Source: Camelus dromedarius (taxonomy: Eukaryota). Taken from it: a stretch of DNA of 64,000 nt. Positions 56,102 to 64,000 of the stretch are shown piece by piece. The stretch lies in contig NC_087437.1 in NCBI RefSeq assembly GCF_036321535.1, positions 63,986,001 to 64,050,000 of the forward strand, written 5' to 3'. The position numbers and the translations under genes are program-made. The notes beneath the pieces were generated by a model that ran no database searches, was not told the DNA's origin, and worked only from the letters and a program-made list of their open reading frames with translations. Within the stretch, counting starts at the first letter, position 1. Each line of letters starts with the position of its first letter.

Positions 56102-56223
56102 GGGGGAGGGTATAGCTCAGTGGTAGAGCACGTGTTTAGCTTGCATGAGATCCTGGGTTCAATCCCCAGCACCTCTATTAAAAATAAGCCTAATTACCTC
56201 CCCCACAAAACAAAACAAAAAAA
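56102..56223 (+). mobile_element. tRNA-derived SINE (Vic-1-like) inside ERVL internal sequence
   Basis: GGGGGAGGGTATAGCTCAGTGGTAGAGC...GGTTCAATCCCCAG; TSD attcagc(t/c)tgtcag on both sides. Confidence 0.88.
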
Positions 56224-58027
56224 ATTCAGCCTGTCAGCAGCCCATCTATTTTGCCTCAGTGGAGGCCATGTTCCAGTAACCATTTTTATAATTCGTTGCA
56301 GTCAGGTCAGCGGGCTGCCACTCCGACTTTGCCAGTCATTACAATAATCATGGTCCCACCTCAGCATCTGGTTGTTAATCATTGACACTTAGCTTCTGTT
56401 TGGTCAGGGTCTTGTAATATCAGGGAGCCTGATTCTCTAATGGCTTTGGCTGCCATCAGCCCTGGCTTACAAAGAGAGCCCCCACTGAGCTGCTTAGCAA
56501 TGCCCTGCTCCTCACAGCTCATTCCTCTGGGCCTTCCCATGAACATATCATCCAGCAGTAAGACCAGCCCTATGCAGTGTAATCATTCCAGCATGCTCAC
56601 TTCCACTTTTAATCCTGTCCTTTCCTGCCTGGCATGGCCATTCTGTGTTTCAGCTTCACCATGTGAGCCATCACTTTTCCACGCTTGAAGGAGCAGTCCA
56701 AGGAGTGAATTCTCAACACCTATTGGGGTCCTGGGTTCTTGCTGGGTGTTAAATCCTGAATCTCAGGAAAATGCTCCCAAGTCAGTAAACTTTATACAAT
56801 TGTATGCTCTGACCCCTTAGATTAAGTAGCCTAAGAATCCAGTCACATATACACTGCCCTACTCCTTCTGCTATATGTTGGTAAGATCTTGCAACCTCCT
56901 TAGTGTGTGGCTTCTTTCCTTCCTTACTAGGATCACTATGTCTTCAGCTGGGTTATGCTGTCACTTAGCCCTCATCATAGACCTGGTGGCCAAAAGGAGA
57001 GGTGAGGACAGGGGCATATGTTGCTGTGTGAGGCACAGGTACCAGCTCATAATATGGAAGGCTGGGCCGCAGCCACTTCTGCAAGCTCAGAAGGTTCAGA
57101 GGAGACAGGAGTGAGATGGGGGTGTCAAAATTTCAGGGTCCTCTGTACATATAACCCTTCCTCATGTGTCCTGTTTTCCAACCAATGCTTCCTGACCAGG
57201 AATGTTCCTGCCTTACTAGCTTTTAACCTCTTAAGTCCTTGGCTTTCTCCTGAACTTTCTCTGCCTTCCTGCTAAAGATGAGATTCTCTCTTTTTATATA
57301 GAAGTAATCAAAGTGGTCCTTTAGTTTTAATACCTGATTTTCAATTGCCTGTTACTCGCCTTTGGCTGTTTATTATATTTCTATGTAGAACCTGAAAGGC
57401 AGTCAGCAATAACCATCCAATATACTACCTTCACAGCTATTCTTTTCTCCATATACCCTGGATGCTTGGTACATTGTACCTGCTTATATATTCCCTTCCA
57501 CCTGTATACCTCCCAACCTACCACTGCTGAAGAATTTAACAAGTGGGGCTGTCAATACTCCATCTCTCCCCAGCTAGCTGGTAGATGATTCAATTGCAAA
57601 CATTCATATTATGGCCTATTTTTTGCATCATCCTATTTCTGGTAACATTACAGGTTGGGTTCTTTGGAAATAGGTGCTAAGTGGAGTTGGGGTATGAAAT
57701 GTTTATGAGAGACCAACACTTGTGAAGGGAAGGGGAGAAACAGTATTGGCAGAGAAAGAAGTTGAAATGTCGTGCAAACCTGACAGAGAAGTGCCTCAGG
57801 CAGCCCAGCAGGAGTTCTGGAGCAAGCACAGCCTTTTAGAGTGTCCTATGCCAGGCCACATGGCCAGGCTTTGATAGTCTTGCTTCCTGAGTCACCAGAT
57901 GTGGAATTCCTGAGGTGGATATGACATCCCACAAGGTGGCTCTCTGAAACTGAGGCTGACAATAAAGGAGCTGTTGGCTAAGGCTGTCTGCTGACCACTC
58001 TCCCTGCAGCTGTGTGACAAGTCCTCC

Positions 58028-58392
58028 CGTCTTAGTGTACTCGAGCTGCTATAGCAAGTTACCATATAGTGAGTGGCTTAAACAATTAACACTTATTTCC
58101 CACAGTTCTGGAGGCTGGGAAGTCCAAGATCAAGGTGCTGGCAGATTTAGTTCTTGGTGAGGGCCCTCTTACTGGCTTGCAGATGGCTGGCTGCCTTCTT
58201 CCTATATCCTGACATGGTAAAAGAGTAAGCTGTGGTGTCCCTTCCTTTTCTTATAAGGGCACTAATCCCATCATGGGAGCACCACCCTCATGGCCTCATC
58301 TAAACCTAATTACCTCATCTCCTAATATCATCACATTGGAGGGTAGGTCATCAACAAATGAATATGGGGGAGACAAGCATTTAGTCTGTAAC
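58028..58392 (-). mobile_element. MLT1A-like MaLR solo LTR inserted in the ERVL LTR
   Basis: cacagttctggaggctgggaagtccaagatcaaggtgctggcagattt...cttataagggcactaatcccatcatg. Confidence 0.85.
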
Positions 58393-58454
58393 ATTCCACA
58401 TGCCCTCCCTTGAAGGAAGCTCTGGGCAGGGAGTCCCTGGGTCTATTGTAAAAA

Positions 58455-58780
58455 ACTCAGACTTTCTGTGGGATTCTTGCCAAAAAGGAAAATAATCATG
58501 TGGAAACATCAGACAAAACCAAACTGAAGGATGTTCTTCGTAACAACTGGCCTATACTCTTCAAAAATCTCAGTGTCCAGAAAGGTTGAGACTATTTCCA
58601 GATCCAAAGAGACTAAAGAGACATGACAACTAAATGCCATGTATGATCCTGAATTAGATTCTGGACTGTGGGAAGAAATAGCCACAAAGAACATTATTTC
58701 AACCAGTGCTGTTTGAACATGGACAGTGGATTAGATAGCAGTAATGTATCAATACTAAATGTCCCAATTTTGATCATTTT
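58455..58780 (+). mobile_element. Continuation of the L1MC-like 3' region after the ERVL insertion
   Basis: catcagacaaaaccaaactgaaggatgttcttcgtaacaactggcc; agagacatgacaactaaatgc. Confidence 0.65.
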
Positions 58781-58954
58781 AATTTTTTTAACTTCAGTTA
58801 AATTTAAGTTTAAATTTTAAAACTGAAGCAATGTCAAACTTTAAAAATATTGTGTATGTTGAAGTCATAATATGTTAATGTGTAGGTTAAAATATATTAC
58901 CATAATTAATCTTATGTTTCTTTTCCTCTTTAAACTAAATGTCTAAAATTACAT

Positions 58955-59308
58955 GTGTTGCACAGCAAAGGAAACCATAAGCAAAACAAAACAACAACCT
59001 ACAGAATGGGAGAAAATATTTGCAAAAGATGCAAATGACAAAGGTTTAATTTCCAGAATATATAAACAGCTCATACACCTTAATAAGGAAAAAACAAACA
59101 ACCCAATCCAAAAATGGGCAGAAGACCTAAACAAGCAATTCTCCAGTGAAGACATACAAATGGCCAATAGGTACATGAAAAAATGCTCAATATTGCAAAT
59201 TATCAGAGAAACGCAAATCAAAACTACAGTGAGGTATTACCTCACACAGTCAGAATGACCATCATTCAAAAGTCCACAAATGAAATGCTGGAGAGAGTGT
59301 GGAGATAG
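58955..59308 (+). mobile_element. Relatively young L1 ORF2 C-terminal fragment
   Basis: ORF 58953..59258 [22 protein letters not shown]...[16 protein letters not shown] is L1 ORF2p-like. Confidence 0.92.
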
Positions 59309-60099
59309 AAAGGCCGGAGGGCAAGGATTTCTCAGCACTGCAGTTTCATCCATAATTTTGCCACTGTGGCATTGTTTCTTTGTCACTAACATGCATGTCA
59401 AAGCCATCCTTAACATATACGTATCATATTTACATGATGTTATTTTTCGTTCAGGTCAGCACTGTCTTTGACAGCCATATTTCTTAGAAACAAAGGAAGA
59501 AAGACTTTTTATCTGTATGTTGGAAATTCTGAAGTGGTATTTCCACCACTCTGCAAAGGCTTTTGTAAACTATTCTCTTGGTTTATTGTCCAAAACTGTA
59601 CTTTCATTAACTTTTCACACATTTAACAGATTGTGTGCCCTCTGTGTGCTGGCAGTGACTACAGTGATATGGTCCTCCCCCTTCAGGTGCCTACAGCCAG
59701 GAGCAACGGAGAGAAACATGTATATAGACAATAATGATCCAATAAGATAATGTCAACACGACCAAGAGGCTCTAGGAGGATCACAAAGGGGTGACTAAGT
59801 GAGATGGAGAGAAACACAGAAAACTTTTTACAAAAAGAAGTGATAAAAAAGAAGAAATGTTTATCAGGCCATGGGTCACAGAGAAGGGAATCCATTTTTG
59901 TAACGGCATAGACACTTGGCACAGCATTAACAATTCATGAAACTGTTGCCGTCTCCTGGTGCTAAAGTGTAGACTGGAAATAAAGCCAAAAGAAAGACCA
60001 GACTCCAAAGAGCTGATACGCCAAGCTGCCAAGTTTGACTTTTATCCTGCAGGCAATGGTGTTTTAAAAATAAGCTCATTCTATAGTTGTAAAAAAAAA

Positions 60100-63030
60100 A
60101 ATCAACTATTAAAACAGCTATAGGAAGATAAAGGTGGATCTGGCTTTGGGATAAAGAAGGATTTCTAAGCATGAAAGCAATGAAGAAACCACAAAGAAGA
60201 TTAGGAGACCAGATTAAATAAAAATATAAAATATCTGTACACAAAAGCAAATAAAATTAAAAACCAGATAAAAAATTGAGGGAAATACATGCAACTCTGA
60301 CAAAGAATGCCAACATATCAACAAGAGAATTAGGAACACTGTCATTGCAAATAGGCAAGGAAACTAAAAAGATAACTCACAAAAGAACTGTAAGTGGACA
60401 ATAAACATTTAAATGGTAATGAAAGGGTAATAAAAAAAATTAACATCTTGCCTTTCCAGTAGTAATGGTATTTCAGAGTAAACAAGTGATCCCAATTGAT
60501 GAGAGAAAGCTCTATTTTATAGAATATTAGAAAATAAGCATTACAGAAGGAAAGATAGAATTCTAAAATCATCAGTTTCAACCCAAATGAAAACACTGAT
60601 TTAGACAGGAATTAACAATTGGTGGTAATGTCGGTAGGTGAATGGTGGATGGACACAGGACATTCCTCTGGTGCAAAAGTGTACCACGCAGATTACTGTG
60701 CAGTTGCAAAGAGGAAATCCTACCTGCACAATGGAGGGAGAAGGTTGCACAACTGTCATCAGGGGTCAGTTTTAACATCCCTAGTGACTGACCACAAGAT
60801 GTTAATAGTCAGTCCCCTGATATGATGCAGTAAGAAATATACAATGCTTATGATGTAGTCTTTCCAAAAATGTTCAACTTGAATCTGTCATGCCTTTAGA
60901 GCTAGCTCCTCACTTACAAAAAAAATACAGGCAATAGAGGATCAAGGTGAACAGCACCACAGGGAAGGAAAACCAGACAAATCTGGAAAAAATAAAACAT
61001 TCTGCAGACAACTGGCCCAATCTCTTCAGTAAGTCAATGCATGGGAAAAAAAGAAAAGATGGAAGGAACTGCAGATTAAAAGACTCTTAAAAGATATAAT
61101 AACCAGGTTCAGTGCACAGTCTCAGGTTGGATTTTGTTTTGAACAAACCAGAAAAGACATTTCTGAGACAAATACTGCAATCTAACTATGAAATAGACAT
61201 TAGATAATATTAAGGAATTATTAATTATGATAATTTTTTTACTATAGAGAGAAATATTCTTTTTTAAACTACAAACTGAAGTAAAAATATGTTTAAATAT
61301 TTCAACTGCACTAACAATGAAGTAAATACAAATTTTAAACAGGAAAACATTTTTTTACCTGTTAAACAGGTTTCTTCTTATTATTTTAGTTTCTTTTTAT
61401 TATTTATTTAAATTAGAAATTAAGCCACTGGCCAGAGTAGAGTAATTGAAGCTTCATTCCCTTTGATCCTCTTCTGGTAAAAGTGTAAATTAATTCAGTT
61501 TTCCCCGGAGCCAATTTGGCAGTATGTATTGAGTCCTTAAAATATTTATGCACTCCTCCTTGTCTTCCTAGAAATTTATCCTGAAGAAACAATCAAGGGA
61601 TATAACAGAATATATATTTTTATATACATATACATACATATTCTTTATAATAGTAAAAAATTAGTAATTACCAAAATGTTTAATCTGAAATACCTGATGG
61701 AATAGTCATAACATGCTATGTTCTATAAGTATTAAAATTATGTCAAAAGTGGTTAATAACAAGGGTAAGTACTCATAATAAAACGTCAAGTTAAAAATCA
61801 GTATACAGAGAGGAGGGTATAGCTCAGTGATAGATTGTGTACTTAGCATGCACGAGGTCCTGGGTTCAATCTTCAGTACCTCCGTTAAAAATAAATAAAT
61901 AAATAAACCTAATTACCTCTCCCCCAAAATGAAACAAAAATAATAAAATAGTAACAATTATTTTTTAAAAATTAGTATACAAGAAAAAATCAGTATGTTA
62001 CCATATAATTCTAAATTTTAAGGATTTATTTCAAAAAGGCTGAAAGATGATACAGAAAAATATATGTACAGTTTATTTCTAGAGAGTGAGATTAGTGTTG
62101 TTTTATTTTATTTGACAGACTCTCTGAAATTTGCAAATTTTCTCCAATAAATAGATATTCTTTCATAATTAGAGGAAAAAGTTGTTTATGTAAAAATGCC
62201 TCCCAAAACAAGAAGAGAAAATCCACTTGAAAAAGTTGGCCCAGTGCAGTGAGGGAGATGGAGGAAGAGATAGTTGTAAGAGCCTGTCCATATAAAATTA
62301 CACACGATTTTAAACTATCTTAACAGAAAAGTAACTTATACTTGTTTAGATAATTATAATGTAGACATATATAAAGTAAAAAAGAAGTCATCCTATAACT
62401 TTTAACTTTTAACTTTTTTTTTACAATCTTCCTCTTGCTATTTGAGTATCTTTCACAAAAAGCTTTTTCAAAAAATGAGATCATATTCTACATATTGTTC
62501 TATAATTTGTTCTTATGACAATATTTCATGCACAGTCCTTCTTCCTACCCCAGTCAGTATCTGTGGATTCACTTCATTCTTTTTCACAGTAGCAAGTGGT
62601 AATATGGATCACTGTAAGCTACTCAATCACTTTCTATTAATGGATGTTGAGGTTCCCTTTTCAGGTCATTGCAAATGCTGATGTCACAAAGACTATCATA
62701 AGTAAGTATTTTGGTAGGACAGATTCCTTGAAGTGGAATTTCTCAGTCAAAGGGAATGCAGATTTAAAATGTCTTGAAACTACTACCGGATTGCTCTTAA
62801 AACTCCTGTGCTAATTTATACTCTTGCTAATAATGCGTGCATTTCCCCACATCCTAACTAAAGCCAGACTTGTATCATCAGACTATTTATTTTTTTCCAA
62901 TCTGAGAAGTGGAAAAAAAGTTACCTTGTTGTTTAACTTGGAATTTTTATATGATTAGCGAAGATGGAAATTGTTTTATATGTTTCTTGGCCAAATGGGT
63001 TCATCTTTTGTAAGTTGCCCATTCATCTGT
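60100..63030. mobile_element. Patchwork of old L1MC/ME fragments (+ strand to about 62180, - strand about 62440-63030)
   Basis: cattctgcagacaactggccc; gagccaatttggcagtatgtatt; agattccttgaagtggaatttctcagtcaaaggg. Confidence 0.55.
61809..61985 (+). mobile_element. tRNA-derived SINE (Vic-1-like)
   Basis: GGAGGGTATAGCTCAGTGATAG...CACGAGGTCCTGGGTTCAATC...AAACCTAATTACCTC; flanking repeat aaaaatcagtat. Confidence 0.85.
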
Positions 63031-64000
63031 CTCTTTGGGTAAATAAACAATGCATGAGAATTATTAATCTATTGAAATCCTAGATTTAAAGTAGCTTCTT
63101 CAAATATTACAAACTGTTAACCAAGGGTAAAATGTTTCAGGCTAAACCAGGATTCTAATTTCCCAGACTCTTGTTTTGGTTTGCCTGTTTGGGTCCAAAA
63201 GTCCAAAAATATTTTTGATGTTCTTTTAAAAAAATAGACTCTCACGCCATGCTTTCCAAATAGTTCTATTACCATAATCTTCCTGGTGAAGAATCAGAGA
63301 ACAAAGTGTTGTTAGTCAGAGTCACAGGATGATTCAGTGGCAGACATGCATCTCAAGTCCATCGTTCCATCTTATTTTTCAATTATGTGCCCCACACCTT
63401 CCTTCTTCAGTACACTCCCCAGCCATCTCATTTGCTGGAATAAAGAGCCAGTTAGTATTCATAGGTTTTATTCAAATACATAAATATGGAAATTCATGAA
63501 AGAATAAAATGATCGCACATAAGCTATAAATTACTTCTTGTTCCTGTTTACATATAGTACTTTAATTACTATATACTTCTTGGCTAAAAGAACTAAGGAC
63601 TCAGAAATAATTTTCACTCCTATTGAAATTCAGTAAGAAATATGTCTTAGCACAGTGGTGCTTGCACAGAGAGAGAGACCTCAATGTGACATTGCTGCTG
63701 TGGTTTAGGAAAAAAAATAAGGTAAGCTGCAAAGAAAGGACTTTAAACTTTTATTACTGGAGAGGGTTTTAGGTGGGGGAAGTTCTCCAAATCCAAAATA
63801 TGGTTTCCCTAACTGCTATAAATACATCCGTCATTTCTTCACCGCCCCCATATGGCAGTGACCTTGTAGAATAGATGGAGTGGAGAGAAAAGCCTATTTC
63901 AGAATTGAGGAGTTGACTGTGTGCTATAGCGATACCTACTCTTTGGCTGTTTCTTGGGGGTTGGGAAATGTTCTATTAACACTGAAAAAGATGATTAAAA

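Larger units (their letters stand above)
54933..58450 (-). mobile_element. Degenerate two-LTR ERVL-class provirus (LTR16/ERV3-16A3-like); LTRs about 54933-55328 and 57648-58450
   Basis: Two similar direct segments (aacacctatgaaggg / aacacttgtgaaggg; acctgacaaagcctc / acctgacagagaagtgcctc; aggctgttctctgcagctga / aggtggctctctgaaactga). ERVL-like internal start (minus aatgttaccagaaatagga) at about 57630-57648. Confidence 0.65.

Noticed and set aside
56102..56175. tRNA-like sequences (also near 14310, 31985 and 61812)
   Set aside because: These are SINE heads with shared non-tRNA tails and TSDs, not tRNA genes
58953..59258. 101-aa ORF as a host gene
   Set aside because: L1 ORF2p fragment; ORFs at 9450, 22108, 24665, 26191, 27562 and 36720 are likewise L1-derived
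1..64000. CRISPR array, operon or other prokaryote-type novel system
   Set aside because: The sequence is mammalian intron and intergenic DNA; no regularly spaced repeat-spacer structure or long unexplained ORFs were seen

Overview
AT-rich, repeat-dense mammalian genomic DNA. It is probably camelid, inferred from four copies of a tRNA-derived SINE resembling Vic-1. The only protein-coding gene is SEC22A (longin-domain ER-Golgi trafficking protein, SEC22 family), on the minus strand. It has a CpG-island promoter and putative non-coding exon 1 (about 49.2-49.4 kb) and five coding exons: 43122-42941, 30888-30725, 29573-29379, 12633-12518 and 797-732. All five have canonical AG/GT ends and consistent phases, giving 723 nt or 241 codons. 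The last exon lies left of the window. The rest is introns and upstream sequence filled with old L1, L2, MIR, hAT DNA transposons and ERVL/MaLR LTR elements, plus a retroposed U6 snRNA pseudogene with target-site duplication. I find no support for a novel multi-gene system. The best leads are small: a spliced uORF whose stop lies 1 nt before the SEC22A start codon, a near-palindromic two-way ZNF143/Staf site that supplies that uATG, apparent loss of two cysteines in SEC22A, and a nested transposon stack upstream. Repeat family names and boundaries come from visual recall and are approximate.
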